59,612 bases of DNA, filler included, from 8 parts of 8 records of this genome joined end to end with filler, not necessarily neighbours in it; one strand, 5' to 3'. Shown: positions 30,601 through 40,221, counted from the first letter of the whole stretch. The notes: generated by a model from the sequence alone, not told the origin. Made by a program: numbers and translations.

Positions 30601-31463
30601 ATACCATTTAAGTTATCCACCGACATTTGAAAAGCAAGTACCCCTATTTTCTTCCCTTTTTCAAAAATAGGAGTTGCGATAAATGCAGCTGGAAAATTAT
30701 AACTTGGCTCATACGGGGAAAAATCTTCAAAAACAACTTTTTTCTCATCTACTTGAAGAGCTTTTTTATAAACCCTTGCCAGTCCAGAGTCACGATACCT
30801 ATCAGTATTTAAGTTTGTTCCAAAGTCTTTTTCTTTATATACCGTATAAACAATGTTTCCCTCTAAATCCATAAAAAAAACATCATAAAGATGAAAAGAG
30901 TTTAAATATCTTTTAAAAGAGTTATGGGTCTGTTTATGAATCTGCATATATTCACTATTATACTTTTCATCAAAAGAAAAAGACTCTTTTTGTCCAACAG
31001 GAGCTTTATTATTAGTGATAAAAATATATTGGGCAACGACTCCATTGATATTACTTGGTAAATATTTACTATTTTCTTCTTTTTTTTGTGAATTTGGTAC
31101 GTTATAATTTACTAAATTAAGATAATTTACATCATAATCAAGTTTGATTTTTTCTCGTAGTTGATCAAGATCAAGAGGCTGTTCTTGATATAATTTATCA
31201 AAACCACTTTTAAAGCTTTTGTAGGTTTTTATTTTTCCTTTATTGGAAGACATAGTTAAAATAAGTTCTTCTAAACTATCAAAATATTTTTTCAACTCCC
31301 CATGTTTAGCAACTTCGACTGTTGATAGCTGTGCAAACTTCCCATCCAATAAAGCCTCAGAAGATTTTTCTATAGCCAAATAGGAGATGCTAAAGGCAAG
31401 TAAAACTAATGATGCGATACTTAAAATAGATAATTTTGCTTTTATTGATAAATTGCTAAACAT
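27621..31463 (-). CDS. Hybrid sensor histidine kinase (Cache-HAMP-GAF-coiled coil-HisKA-HATPase-REC-REC)
   Basis: Two TMs, YDVFF.D..G..VY..KE.DFGT, GEGVVGQV, FLANMSHELRTPLN, GGTGLGL, two receiver domains. Confidence 0.93.
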   Translation of the reverse strand: MFSNLSIKAKLSILSIASLVLLAFSISYLAIEKSSEALLDGKFAQLSTVEVAKHGELKKYFDSLEELILTMSSNKGKIKTYKSFKSGFDKLYQEQPLDLDQLREKIKLDYDVNYLNLVNYNVPNSQKKEENSKYLPSNINGVVAQYIFITNNKAPVGQKESFSFDEKYNSEYMQIHKQTHNSFKRYLNSFHLYDVFFMDLEGNIVYTVYKEKDFGTNLNTDRYRDSGLARVYKKALQVDEKKVVFEDFSPYEPSYNFPAAFIATPIFEKGKKIGVLAFQMSVDNLNGIMQFGGQYERAGLGNTGECYLVGSDYYMRTNSRFQKDIKNPVIQDLGTTVGVLKVDTKSTRAVMGGDRSIGKWLIKDYMGHEVLSIYHTVDIFNTTKWAIIAEIDKAEALKPANELKRYLTLMTIILLIVSLIVTIISIRKTVFKPLNYFQNELIHFFEFLKSEREDIKLLEVRSNDEIGKMSKFVNEGIIEVQHVLEEKEEEDWIKEGLGELNLVFIDHSSVKDVTQGALQFISKYLDASVGVIYLFNAEQKNLVQNATYSYTNSGTTKIYYNLGEGVVGQVGLQKAPIILRQEIQDDTDMVIQTGTTNTKPTSTFTYPLVYQQQLYGVIELGSISSFEQKKITFLNKAIEVVAIAIATAIQNEKVANLLAQTEKNNKQLMEQRQQLEEANTAMEEQQQQLEVANTNLEEQQQQLEEANALMEEQQQQLELQNHDLEKAKEEIFKRADQLELSNKYKSEFLANMSHELRTPLNAIILLSQLLAKNKLNNLKEDDIKKAQTIYTSGNELLRLINDILDLSKVEAGKIEVIVDKFDPNELLENIQNLYSFNAQEKGIELKVVNNYNDIISSDQNRISQILKNLVSNSLKFTHNGNITLEVNKTTDKKRPVQIIVSDTGIGIPKQKQKLIFEAFTQADGSTSRQYGGTGLGLSITKELTHLLGGEIRLESTENVGSKFIISLPNLDENLVKQESVIDPIEKDQKEFAKIEPKKPIPISVKDDREIIGAQSGLLIIDDDVAFSEIVYETIKKNGYYGLVVNNGKDGLAILDQYKVSGIMLDLTLPDMDGVDILKAIKADKKLQDIPVYIISSKDKDEKLIKMGAKGYGQKPLLEDDIEEIITTLDKFIQDHNEIKKEIKHKTVILDEIDLDGVNVLVVDDDIKNIFVLDNILNESNARVFTAYNGAEAIDQLRANKEIDLVLMDIMMPVMDGYEAIMAIRVDEELQTIPIIAVTAKAMKEDRDKCISLGADDFVSKPIDMDALISLVKVWSDRKHQ
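29300..29465 (-). repeat. 42-bp (14-aa) tandem coding repeats forming an E/Q-rich coiled coil
   Basis: MEQRQQLEEANTA / MEEQQQQLEVANTN / LEEQQQQLEEANAL / MEEQQQQLELQN. Confidence 0.8.
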
Positions 31464-31472
31464 TTGACCTCT

Positions 31473-32576
31473 TTAAAATTTATAATTATTGTTCTGATGA
31501 TGTAAAAGAATTTTACTCATCATCTCTATCCTTTGTGAAAAACTTGATTTTAGTGCTCGCTCATTAATTGTGTGATCTCCATCTCCAAAAGGCCCAAAAC
31601 CATCTAAGGTGATCACTCCTGCACTTGATACATGATTTGCATCACTGACACCACCACGTCTTTCAGTTAAAATAGTCTCTTTTGTAATAGTTTCGAGAGT
31701 TTTTAGAAATTCAGCTTGAGCAACGTTAGGCTCCATCACATCTCTTTGAATTAGTCCACTTAAAGTTGCTTTTGTACCTTCAACATAAGAAGTGTTTGTA
31801 ATAGTTTCAAGTGCACTTAAAACTCTATCTCTTTCATCCTCTTTTGTATATCGTATCTCTAAAAGAAGTTCACATTTTGGACTTATTGTATTTGCTCCAA
31901 TTCCTCCAGAGATCTTTCCCACATTTACTGTTGTTCCAATCTCAAGATTCGTAAGCTTTGTAAGCTCTTGAAGTTTATATGAGGCTTCTAGGTTTGCATT
32001 GATCCCCTCAGCATATCTAACTCCAGCGTGAGCAGCGCGACCTTCAATAGAAATGGTATAGGTTCCAACCCCTTTTCTACCATTGACGACTTCAAGATGA
32101 AGCCCTGCAGCTTCAAAAACAAAACAATAATCATAGTTTTTTGATAATTCTAAAGTAAGAAATTTTGAATCATCACTTCCAGTCTCTTCATCAGAAACGA
32201 GTAAAAAGTCAATATTTTTGATCTGTTTGTTTTTTGAAAAGATCTCTTTTAAAGCTTCAACAGCTACGATATTTCCACCTTTCATATCACAAACCCCTGG
32301 ACCATACACCCATTCGTCATCTTCATGAAATGAATCAAATTGACCTTCAGGAAAAACAGTGTCATTATGACCTAAAAGAAGTATTTTTGCCCCTTCAGTT
32401 TTAGGGGAACTAAAAAGTTGATGATCTCCGATATGTTCACGCTTAAAGTATGTTGTCTCAAAACCTATAGCTTCAAGCCACTCTTGCATAACTTTACCAA
32501 CGGCATCAACACCTTGTTTATTTCCAGTGTATGAATTAATCTTACATATTTTTTGTAAGTCTGATAGGTATTCCAT
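31473..32576 (-). CDS. M20 family metallopeptidase (carboxypeptidase G2-like)
   Basis: GHNDTVF, GPGVCDMKGG, SDEETGS, VFE, GGVSDAN, H..NE. Confidence 0.92.
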   Translation of the reverse strand: MEYLSDLQKICKINSYTGNKQGVDAVGKVMQEWLEAIGFETTYFKREHIGDHQLFSSPKTEGAKILLLGHNDTVFPEGQFDSFHEDDEWVYGPGVCDMKGGNIVAVEALKEIFSKNKQIKNIDFLLVSDEETGSDDSKFLTLELSKNYDYCFVFEAAGLHLEVVNGRKGVGTYTISIEGRAAHAGVRYAEGINANLEASYKLQELTKLTNLEIGTTVNVGKISGGIGANTISPKCELLLEIRYTKEDERDRVLSALETITNTSYVEGTKATLSGLIQRDVMEPNVAQAEFLKTLETITKETILTERRGGVSDANHVSSAGVITLDGFGPFGDGDHTINERALKSSFSQRIEMMSKILLHHQNNNYKF

Positions 32577-32612
32577 GAAAAGCCCTAATGTATAATATGA
32601 AATATTTGATAT

Positions 32613-32643
32613 AAAAAAAGTTAAGATAAAAATCTTAACTTTT
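32613..32643 (-). terminator. Terminator hairpin after argG
   Basis: AAAAGTTAAGAT-aaaa-ATCTTAACTTTT with a T-tract on the minus strand. Confidence 0.65.
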
Positions 32644-32645
32644 AA

Positions 32646-33191
32646 CTATTGTCTATTTTTTCCAGCGATAATATGTCGCAATGCATTGAGTCGTATAAAC
32701 CCTTCTGCATCTTTTTGGTTATACACTTCATCCTCTTCAAAAGTTGAGTGTGCTTCTGAGTATAAAGATTTTGGAGATGTTCTTCCCACAACAAAAACAT
32801 TTCCTTTGTAAAGTTTCAGTCTTACTTCACCCTCTACATTTTTTTGAGTTTCATCAATTGCAGCTTGAAGCATTCTTCGCTCAGGAGAGAACCAATACCC
32901 ATTATAAATAAGTTCAGCATATTTTGGCATAATTCCATCTTTCATATGAGCCTCTTCTCTATCAAGACAGATTGATTCAATAGCTCTATGAGCTTTTAGC
33001 ATAATAGTCCCACCTGGAGTCTCATAACATCCTCTAGCTTTCATCCCCACATATCTATTCTCAACGATATCGATTCTTCCAATACCATGCTTGTTTCCAT
33101 AGTCATTTAATTTTTTTAGTAACGTTGCTGGTGTTAGCTCTTCCCCATTGATAGAGATTGGATCACCATTTTTATATCCAATAGTGATATA
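32646..33191 (-). CDS. argG: Argininosuccinate synthase, 5'-truncated
   Basis: [28 protein letters not shown]...[10 protein letters not shown]. Confidence 0.96.
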   Translation of the reverse strand, partial: YITIGYKNGDPISINGEELTPATLLKKLNDYGNKHGIGRIDIVENRYVGMKARGCYETPGGTIMLKAHRAIESICLDREEAHMKDGIMPKYAELIYNGYWFSPERRMLQAAIDETQKNVEGEVRLKLYKGNVFVVGRTSPKSLYSEAHSTFEEDEVYNQKDAEGFIRLNALRHIIAGKNRQ

Positions 33192-33192
33192 T

Positions 33193-33292
33193 NNNNNNNN
33201 NNNNNNNNNNNNNNNNNNNNNNNNNNNNNNNNNNNNTTAATTAATTAANNNNNNNNNNNNNNNNNNNNNNNNNNNNNNNNNNNNNNNNNNNN
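33193..33292. other. Artificial contig spacer
   Basis: N-run + TTAATTAATTAA + N-run. Confidence 0.98.
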
Positions 33293-33293
33293 G

Positions 33294-34103
33294 GAAACAA
33301 AGCAACAGAAAATTATTGTTTTGCTTACGTTAACCCCAACCGACAAAAACCTGATTCTGAACGGGATAAAAATTGCCTCTATTTTCAGAAAAGAGTTATG
33401 TCTTTTATACAACCACTCTAAAAAAGAAAAAAAGAACCACAGCAAATTAAAACATCAGCTGAATGAAATTTCATTACCCATAAAAAATGAAATTCCCGGA
33501 TTAAAAGTCTCAACACTTCTTTTATCAGAAAACCGTAAATATTTACCCGAGAAATTATCGGATGATTTTGAAGCCATTTTCCTGATTGCTCAACAATCGT
33601 TATTTAAGAAGTATTCCAGTGCTTTATTGGAAAGTCCGATTCCGTTTCTTTTTATAAATGAAAGCGCCGAAAAAATTCCCCATTATAAAAATTTGATATT
33701 ACCCATCGACTTGCGAAAAGAAAACAGCGACAGTGCTTTATGGAGTTCTTATTTTGGCCGATTTAACCAAAGCGAAATTGTAGTTGTTGCCGCCAACGAC
33801 AAAGGGAAATCAGAACAAAATCAAATCGCAAAAAATGTAGTATTATCAAAAAATCTTTTTCAAAAATTCAATATCATTCATAAAATATATAAAGGGCAAA
33901 AATCGAGTTTGAAAAATGCGTTTGAAGCATTGGAACTGGCACTAAATTCGAAGGCCGATTTAATAATTACACTGGGAAGTTCCGTTATAACTCCACTCGA
34001 CATTTTAGTTGGCCTACCCGAGAGGAAAATTATTAAACAAGCAGGTAATCTACCTGTTTTAGTAATTAATCCAAGAAAAGACAATTACATTTTATGTGAC
34101 TGA
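33294..34103 (+). CDS. Universal stress protein-like (tandem USP), start just truncated
   Basis: Frame open from the edge (ETKQQKIIVLL); YKNLILPID..., ADLIITL...G..ERKII.....PVLVINP. Confidence 0.75.
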   Translation, partial: ETKQQKIIVLLTLTPTDKNLILNGIKIASIFRKELCLLYNHSKKEKKNHSKLKHQLNEISLPIKNEIPGLKVSTLLLSENRKYLPEKLSDDFEAIFLIAQQSLFKKYSSALLESPIPFLFINESAEKIPHYKNLILPIDLRKENSDSALWSSYFGRFNQSEIVVVAANDKGKSEQNQIAKNVVLSKNLFQKFNIIHKIYKGQKSSLKNAFEALELALNSKADLIITLGSSVITPLDILVGLPERKIIKQAGNLPVLVINPRKDNYILCD

Positions 34104-34285
34104 AAAAAGGGATCAGTTGGCAACAACAGTTTTCAGAGGATTCAATAAAAAAAGCATAAGTAAAAAGCAAAAGTTTAAAAATACTTACTATTCCTCAATA
34201 CCAGCAATTAATGACTAACGACTAACAATAAATCAGTCGCAGTTAACAAATGATTTATTACTTTCGCAATTGAAACAGGAAAAGA

Positions 34286-35263
34286 ATGAAAAATCTACTT
34301 GCTATACTATTTATTTTAACTGCATTTTCAGGAATTGCACAAAATTTTGAATACCAGGTTTTATTTGAAGGAATTGGCGACAACCGCGAATTTTTCAGCA
34401 ACAAAGCTTTGCCGCAAACCATTTTAGGAAGCCGCGGAGCATTTGAAGTTGGCATTGAAAAAGGGGGTCATAAAATACGGGGTGGATTCAGTCAGTTAAT
34501 TGAGTTTGGTAGCGATTTAGATTATCATAAACCAAAGCTTACCCTTTATTACCAATTCAGCAATGCAAACAAAGATTTTCTTTTTGGGGCTTTTCCAAGG
34601 CGTGGCAGAATTGATTTTCCGCTGGCCATGCTAACCGATACATTGCTTTATTACCGCCCCAATATTGAAGGTATGTTTGGAGAAGTGCGCTGGAATTGGG
34701 GAAAACAAAACGGATTTGTTGACTGGGTAAGCCGTCAAACCGATGTAAAACGGGAAAATTTTATGGCCGGATTTTCAGGGGAGGTTTTTCATAAAAACCT
34801 GTTTTTACAAAACTATGTTCTTATGTTTCACGATGCCGGTCCGGCAATCGATATTCCCGGCGATCATATAAAAGATTATATGGGCTATGCCATTCAGGCC
34901 GGGGCCAGAACTTCGGAAAACGATATTTTTAACGGGTATTTTAAAGCCGGAATTTTAGGTTCGTCGTTTCGCGAAAGAAGTGTTACCGGTGGTTTTATTA
35001 ATGCCACCAGTTTTTTTGCTGAAGCGAAGGGTAAATTCAAGAACTTTGGTGTTAAATCGGTATTGAGTTCGGGCGGAAGTCACAAATTTAAAACCGGCGA
35101 CCGATTCTTCCAGGTCGAAAATTACTGGCGTACCGATGCAATCTGGTATTTCATCAATCATGAAAATGTGAAAGGTACGTTCAATCTTTCGTTTCACCTG
35201 CTCGACTGGGAAGATTTAGATCAGCAGCAACAACTTTCAATTGTTTACATTTTTGGTGACTAG
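34286..35263 (+). CDS. Bacteroidota hypothetical outer-membrane beta-barrel protein
   Basis: Signal peptide, DNREF, FGAFPR, RPNIEG, alternating beta strands. Confidence 0.65.
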   Translation: MKNLLAILFILTAFSGIAQNFEYQVLFEGIGDNREFFSNKALPQTILGSRGAFEVGIEKGGHKIRGGFSQLIEFGSDLDYHKPKLTLYYQFSNANKDFLFGAFPRRGRIDFPLAMLTDTLLYYRPNIEGMFGEVRWNWGKQNGFVDWVSRQTDVKRENFMAGFSGEVFHKNLFLQNYVLMFHDAGPAIDIPGDHIKDYMGYAIQAGARTSENDIFNGYFKAGILGSSFRERSVTGGFINATSFFAEAKGKFKNFGVKSVLSSGGSHKFKTGDRFFQVENYWRTDAIWYFINHENVKGTFNLSFHLLDWEDLDQQQQLSIVYIFGD

Positions 35264-35333
35264 GCAATTCTGAAAATAGTATAAATAGAGAAGGATGACA
35301 TCTTTTTTAAGAGATATGATCGTTCTTTGGGTA

Positions 35334-35382
35334 TGGCGAATTCCAATTCGCCAATAAAAAGATGCGATTTGAAAATCGCATC
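35334..35382. repeat. Two adjacent palindromes (REP-like) between convergent genes
   Basis: TGGCGAATT-cc-AATTCGCCA and GATGCGATTT-ga-AAATCGCATC. Confidence 0.55.
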
Positions 35383-35391
35383 ACCCCTACT

Positions 35392-37539
35392 CTAATCAAT
35401 TATTTCCATTTCGTCGAGCAAATAACCGGCGCCGGCATATTTGTCGATTATAAAAAGGGCATATCGAATATCGAGTGAAATATTCCGGCACATTTCCGGG
35501 TCGAACATTACATCGCTCATTGTTCCTTCCCAGCACCGGTCGAAATTAACACCAATCAGTTCGCCATTAGCATTTATAACCGGGCTACCCGAGTTTCCTC
35601 CTGAAGTATGATTTGATGCAGTAAAAGCCACCGGAACATCGCCATCTACTTCGTACGCTCCAAAATCTTTTTGATTATACATTTCTTTTAGCCGTTCGGG
35701 AATCGAATAATCTACAATTTCCTGATTACTCTTTTCCATGATTCCAGATAATGTAGTAAAATATTTGTAAGAAATTCCATCCTGCGGTTTATAACCTTCT
35801 ACTTTTCCGTAAGTTATTCTTAGCGTTAAATTTGCATCGGGATAAAAAGACTGGTTATTTTTCATTTCCATAATTCCAGCCATATATACTTTCATATTCT
35901 TTTTAATTCTAGAATCAAGAGCCGCAGTAACTGGTTTTATGTTTACATCGTAATGAAAATTCAATGCTTTCACTAAAGCTACCAATGGATCTTTACGAAG
36001 TTTTAATAATTGTTTTTCTGTTCCATTTTCCAGAAGATCACGAAAACTCTCCTGGTTTATTAAAATTGATTTCTGAATAACTTTTCCCACTAATTTCTCT
36101 GCATCGTATTTATTCATTATTTCTTTAAATTCAACAGGTAAAAACTGAGGTTCCAAGTCGTAAAATAACAAAGGCATTAATTCAGAAAACAACTGTTCGT
36201 CGGTTTTTTGGTCGAAATCTTTATAAAAAACATCAATACTAGCGAGCATCAAATCCTTTGTATTATTCACCCGCTCTGGTTTATTATTTTCCAGGTTACT
36301 TATAACCGAATTTGCCAGGGTTGCCATCTTAAAAATCTCTACTCCCCGCAAAACAATTTCCGAATAATAATCAGATGCTTTTATATATTCGGCATATTTT
36401 GCGTACAATATTTCAAATTCATTAAAAACCGGTTCATATTTTGATTCCCAGGTTGTGTTATTTTCGGCCCAGGTTTTAAACTCATTTTCAAATTCCAGTT
36501 TTTTATTCACGGCATCCAAACGTTGTAATCCTTTTATTTCGCCCTGCCATTTTTTCCAGGCATTACCAACCGATTGAAATTTAGCGGAATACTGAATGCG
36601 TACTTTATCGCTTTTTTCCATAGCATTTCCAATCACTTCCATCTTTTTCTCCCTGATTTTTATCCGGTCAGGATCGCGTTGATTCATAATTATTTCTACT
36701 TCATTATGAGGGACATATTGCCAGGTACTTCCCGGATTTCCAAAAACCAGCGTAAAATCATCGGGTTGAACTCCTTTCATTGAAATAGGAAAAAACGTTT
36801 TAGGTTGAAAAGGAACATTTTCAGGTGAATATTCTGCCGGTTCGTTATTCTTATCGGCATAAATTCTAAAAATTGAAAAATCGCCGGTATGCCTCGGCCA
36901 CATCCAATTATCGGTATCGCCGCCAAATTTACCTATCGATGAAGGCGGAGCTCCAACCAAACGAATATCTTTATACACTTTATATACATATAGAAAATAC
37001 TGATTTCCGTAAAAAAGTGGTTTTATATCGGTTTTAAATTTTCCATTCTCCGAAGCCTCTTTTCTAATTCTTTGCGAATTTTCATTAATTGTTTTCGCTT
37101 TTTCTTCATCGGAAAGATCACCGGTATTTCTCAATACTTCGCCGGTTACATCTTTCATATATTCCAGAAAACTAACCGTCAATCCCGGATTCGACAATTC
37201 CTCTCCTTTATTCATGGCCCAAAATCCATCTCTCAGATAATTATTTTCCAACGTACTATGCCTTTGGATCTGACCAAATCCACAATGATAATTGGTAATT
37301 AATAAACCTTCATTAGAAATTAATTCTCCTGTGCACCCTCTTCCAAACATTAACACGGCATCTTTCATACTGGCATTATTTACGTCGTAAATATCTTGTG
37401 CCGAAAGTTTAAATCCCATTTCCTGCATTTCGGAAATATTATATTTTTCCAATAAAACCGGGAGCCACATTCCTTCTTTGGCAGATATTTCGCCAAGAAT
37501 CAGAAACAGAAAAAAAACAAAAACGTTAATTCTTTTCAT
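35392..37539 (-). CDS. S46 dipeptidyl peptidase, DPP11-like (Asp/Glu-specific)
   Basis: EGMWLP, TNYHC, DNWMWPRHTGDF, GGNSGSPV; FDRCWEG has the Arg typical of DPP11 where DPP7 has Gly. Confidence 0.9.
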   Translation of the reverse strand: MKRINVFVFFLFLILGEISAKEGMWLPVLLEKYNISEMQEMGFKLSAQDIYDVNNASMKDAVLMFGRGCTGELISNEGLLITNYHCGFGQIQRHSTLENNYLRDGFWAMNKGEELSNPGLTVSFLEYMKDVTGEVLRNTGDLSDEEKAKTINENSQRIRKEASENGKFKTDIKPLFYGNQYFLYVYKVYKDIRLVGAPPSSIGKFGGDTDNWMWPRHTGDFSIFRIYADKNNEPAEYSPENVPFQPKTFFPISMKGVQPDDFTLVFGNPGSTWQYVPHNEVEIIMNQRDPDRIKIREKKMEVIGNAMEKSDKVRIQYSAKFQSVGNAWKKWQGEIKGLQRLDAVNKKLEFENEFKTWAENNTTWESKYEPVFNEFEILYAKYAEYIKASDYYSEIVLRGVEIFKMATLANSVISNLENNKPERVNNTKDLMLASIDVFYKDFDQKTDEQLFSELMPLLFYDLEPQFLPVEFKEIMNKYDAEKLVGKVIQKSILINQESFRDLLENGTEKQLLKLRKDPLVALVKALNFHYDVNIKPVTAALDSRIKKNMKVYMAGIMEMKNNQSFYPDANLTLRITYGKVEGYKPQDGISYKYFTTLSGIMEKSNQEIVDYSIPERLKEMYNQKDFGAYEVDGDVPVAFTASNHTSGGNSGSPVINANGELIGVNFDRCWEGTMSDVMFDPEMCRNISLDIRYALFIIDKYAGAGYLLDEMEIID

Positions 37540-37689
37540 AATTTAATTCCAAAATTTTATTGAAAATAATCGTGTCAATAAAGTTTACTTATTTTAAAAA
37601 CCGTGATTGAAAAATCAATTTACTTTCAATTGCAAAAAAATTATTCCTATTTTGCATAGGAATAACCATAAACCTAATAAATACTAAAG

Positions 37690-38397
37690 ATGTTAAAAAT
37701 AATCATTCTATTCTTTTCTGTAACATTATTCTTTTCTCCAATTACTATAACAGAAGATGATTTTAATCGAAAAAGTAATCCATATGAATTTGAACGGGAT
37801 GAATATTCCGAATTGAAAAACGCAAATCTGGGCAGTAAAACCAAACCTGGAAGTACTACAATTAAAGAAAACCAAATTATTATTAAAGCAAGTGGCGCTG
37901 ATATTTGGGGAAGCGCCGATGAAGGCTTCTTTACTTATACCGAATTAGAAGGAGATTTTGATGTAAGTGTAAAAGTTGTGAATCTGGAAAAAACACATTT
38001 ATATACAAAAGCCGGAATTATGGCAAGAACCGATTTATCGGGCAATTCAAAACACATTTTTTACCAGATATTTCCCGATAACAGTGCAAGAAATAAAAAC
38101 AACGGTGGATGCGAATTTCAATATCGTACAGAAAAAGGTGTTGATATGAAAGCTATTTATCCGGATCAGGAAACAGCAGGGAACAAATTTGATGTAAATT
38201 TCCCTGATACATGGATTCGGTTAAAACGTACAAATAATGTTTTTGAATCGTATATGAGCAATGATAATAAAAACTGGGAATTATTTTCAACTTATGAACA
38301 GGAAATGCCCGTAAAACTATTCGTTGGACTGGCAGTAACATCGCACGATTTGGAAGAATATACAACGGCAATATTTTCTGATCTCGAAATAAAATAA
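37690..38397 (+). CDS. Secreted ConA-like beta-sandwich protein (DUF1349-like)
   Basis: ASGADIWG..D.G.F.Y..LEGDF, KAGIMAR, WIRLKR, VGLAVTSH. Confidence 0.7.
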   Translation: MLKIIILFFSVTLFFSPITITEDDFNRKSNPYEFERDEYSELKNANLGSKTKPGSTTIKENQIIIKASGADIWGSADEGFFTYTELEGDFDVSVKVVNLEKTHLYTKAGIMARTDLSGNSKHIFYQIFPDNSARNKNNGGCEFQYRTEKGVDMKAIYPDQETAGNKFDVNFPDTWIRLKRTNNVFESYMSNDNKNWELFSTYEQEMPVKLFVGLAVTSHDLEEYTTAIFSDLEIK

Positions 38398-38422
38398 GTG
38401 ATTATTTTTTAGATAAACCGAT

Positions 38423-38460
38423 AAAAAAGGCCATCTCATTCGAGACGGCCTTTACTTTTT
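38423..38460. terminator. Bidirectional terminator
   Basis: AAAGGCCATCTC-attc-GAGACGGCCTTT flanked by A and T tracts between convergent genes. Confidence 0.75.
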
Positions 38461-38472
38461 TATAATTGTTTT

Positions 38473-39474
38473 TTATGCATTTTTTTCTGACAGGTATCTT
38501 TCAGCATCAATTGCAGCCATACATCCTGAACCTGCCGCTGTTACCGCTTGACGGTAATGCGAATCCTGAACATCGCCGCAGGCAAATACACCAGGTACTT
38601 TTGTTTTCGAGGTTCCCGGAATTGTATTAATATATCCTACTTCGTCGGTATCCACATATTCTTTAAAAATATCGGAATTTGGCTTATGACCAATAGCCAG
38701 GAAAAATCCATCGATTTTTATCTGAACATCTTCTTCTCCCTCTTCACCCAGGTTTTTCACCAGTTTTGCACCTTCAACAACTCCGTTATCGCCAATTAAT
38801 CCTTTAGTTTGATGCTTCCATAATATTTCAATATTTGCTGTATTTTTTGTTCGTTCGGCCATTACTCTCGAAGCCCTTAAAACATCTCTACGAACAATTA
38901 AATATACTTTATTACATAAGCCGGCCAAATACATTGCCTCTTCGGCAGCCGTATCGCCACCACCAACAACGGCAACATCTTTACCCCGATAAAAGAAACC
39001 ATCGCAGGTAGCACAGGCAGAGACACCGCCTCCTGCATATTTTTTCTCATCTTCCAATCCCAGATATTTAGCTGTTGCTCCGGTAGCAATAATAACTGAT
39101 TCAGCTTCTATTAGTTTATTGTCATCAATCCAAACTTTATGTGTTTCTCCCGAGAAATCAACCTTAGTAGCCATTCCCCAGCGTACATCGGTTCCAAATC
39201 GTTCTGCTTGTTTCTTTAAATCTTCCATCATTACCGGCCCGGTTACACCTTCTGGATAACCCGGATAATTTTCCACTTCGGTAGTTGTAGTTAATTGGCC
39301 GCCAGGTTGTAACCCCTCGTACATTACTGGATTTAGGTTTGCACGAGCTGCATATATAGCTGCAGTATAACCAGCAGGACCAGAGCCAATTATTAAACAT
39401 TTTACACGTTCAACATCAGTTGGTTGTGTGTTATTATTTTCTGAACTTTCGTTAATATCAAGCGATTTAAACAT
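38473..39474 (-). CDS. trxB: Thioredoxin-disulfide reductase
   Basis: IIGSGPAGYTAAIY, GVSACATCDG, VVGGGDTA, YRQAVTAAGSG. Confidence 0.97.
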   Translation of the reverse strand: MFKSLDINESSENNNTQPTDVERVKCLIIGSGPAGYTAAIYAARANLNPVMYEGLQPGGQLTTTTEVENYPGYPEGVTGPVMMEDLKKQAERFGTDVRWGMATKVDFSGETHKVWIDDNKLIEAESVIIATGATAKYLGLEDEKKYAGGGVSACATCDGFFYRGKDVAVVGGGDTAAEEAMYLAGLCNKVYLIVRRDVLRASRVMAERTKNTANIEILWKHQTKGLIGDNGVVEGAKLVKNLGEEGEEDVQIKIDGFFLAIGHKPNSDIFKEYVDTDEVGYINTIPGTSKTKVPGVFACGDVQDSHYRQAVTAAGSGCMAAIDAERYLSEKNA

Positions 39475-39609
39475 ATCTTATATTTTTAGTTGAACAAAAG
39501 TACAAAACATCTTTATTTGAACACAATAAATTCAATCGATAATTACAAAGGATGCATAGACAAATCTTATCGAAAGATGTGAACAAAGTTACAAATTCAC
39601 TCAAAAAGT

Positions 39610-39640
39610 TTTGCAGATACCGATTCAAGAGCTATTTTTG
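39610..39640 (+). promoter_or_regulatory. Bacteroidota sigma-ABfr promoter of the tRNA
   Basis: TTTG (-33), 19 nt, TATTTTTG (TAnnTTTG, -7). Confidence 0.65.
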
Positions 39641-39654
39641 CAGGCACAAATTTT

Positions 39655-39727
39655 CGGGATGTGGCGCAGCCTGGTAGCGTACTCGTCTGGGGGGCGAGGG
39701 GTCGCAAGTTCAAATCTTGTCATCCCG
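39655..39727 (+). tRNA. tRNA-Pro(GGG), ends at the contig edge
   Basis: CGGGATG/CATCCCG acceptor stem, D-loop CAGCCTGGTAG, anticodon loop CT-GGG-GG, GTTCAAATC T-loop. Confidence 0.93.
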
Positions 39728-39827
39728 NNNNNNNNNNNNNNNNNNNNNNNNNNNNNNNNNNNNNNNNNNNNTTAATTAATTAANNNNNNNNNNNNNNNNN
39801 NNNNNNNNNNNNNNNNNNNNNNNNNNN
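39728..39827. other. Artificial contig spacer
   Basis: N-run + TTAATTAATTAA + N-run. Confidence 0.98.
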
Positions 39828-39828
39828 T

Positions 39829-40221
39829 AAAAAGCAGGTCGACCGTATAACAAAAAAGTATGACAATATTCTTAAAAAAACAACCGTACAGAAGCGCTCT
39901 GAGGTGTTAGCTGCCGGTAAAAAAGAGATTGACAGTTACCTAACTTCTAAAAAACTCAACCCTGTTTTCTTTATGCGTAAATCGAAAAAGATATTAAAGG
40001 GTTATATCGCCTTTTATACTTCAAGTGAAGCGGCTCTGGAAAAAAGAAAAATGATCCTTAAAAAACAGAACCTCTCTAAAAAAGAGATCGAATCCAATAT
40101 TGTCGCATTTAAAAAAGGAACAGACCGGACATTTAAAGAGATGACAGCCGAGCTTTCTGACTATGAAATTGAACTTATTAGATCGAACCTTAAGAAACTG
40201 TCCTCTGTTACAAACCTATAG
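39829..40221 (+). CDS. Hypothetical protein, 5'-truncated
   Basis: Frame open from the contig edge; Lys-rich helical. Confidence 0.55.
   Translation, partial: KKQVDRITKKYDNILKKTTVQKRSEVLAAGKKEIDSYLTSKKLNPVFFMRKSKKILKGYIAFYTSSEAALEKRKMILKKQNLSKKEIESNIVAFKKGTDRTFKEMTAELSDYEIELIRSNLKKLSSVTNL

Noticed and set aside
39526-39570. ATAG-N7-TTAT-like boxes upstream of trxB as an OxyR site
   Set aside because: Only partial matches with the wrong spacing, in AT-rich DNA. Not supportable without a PWM scan.
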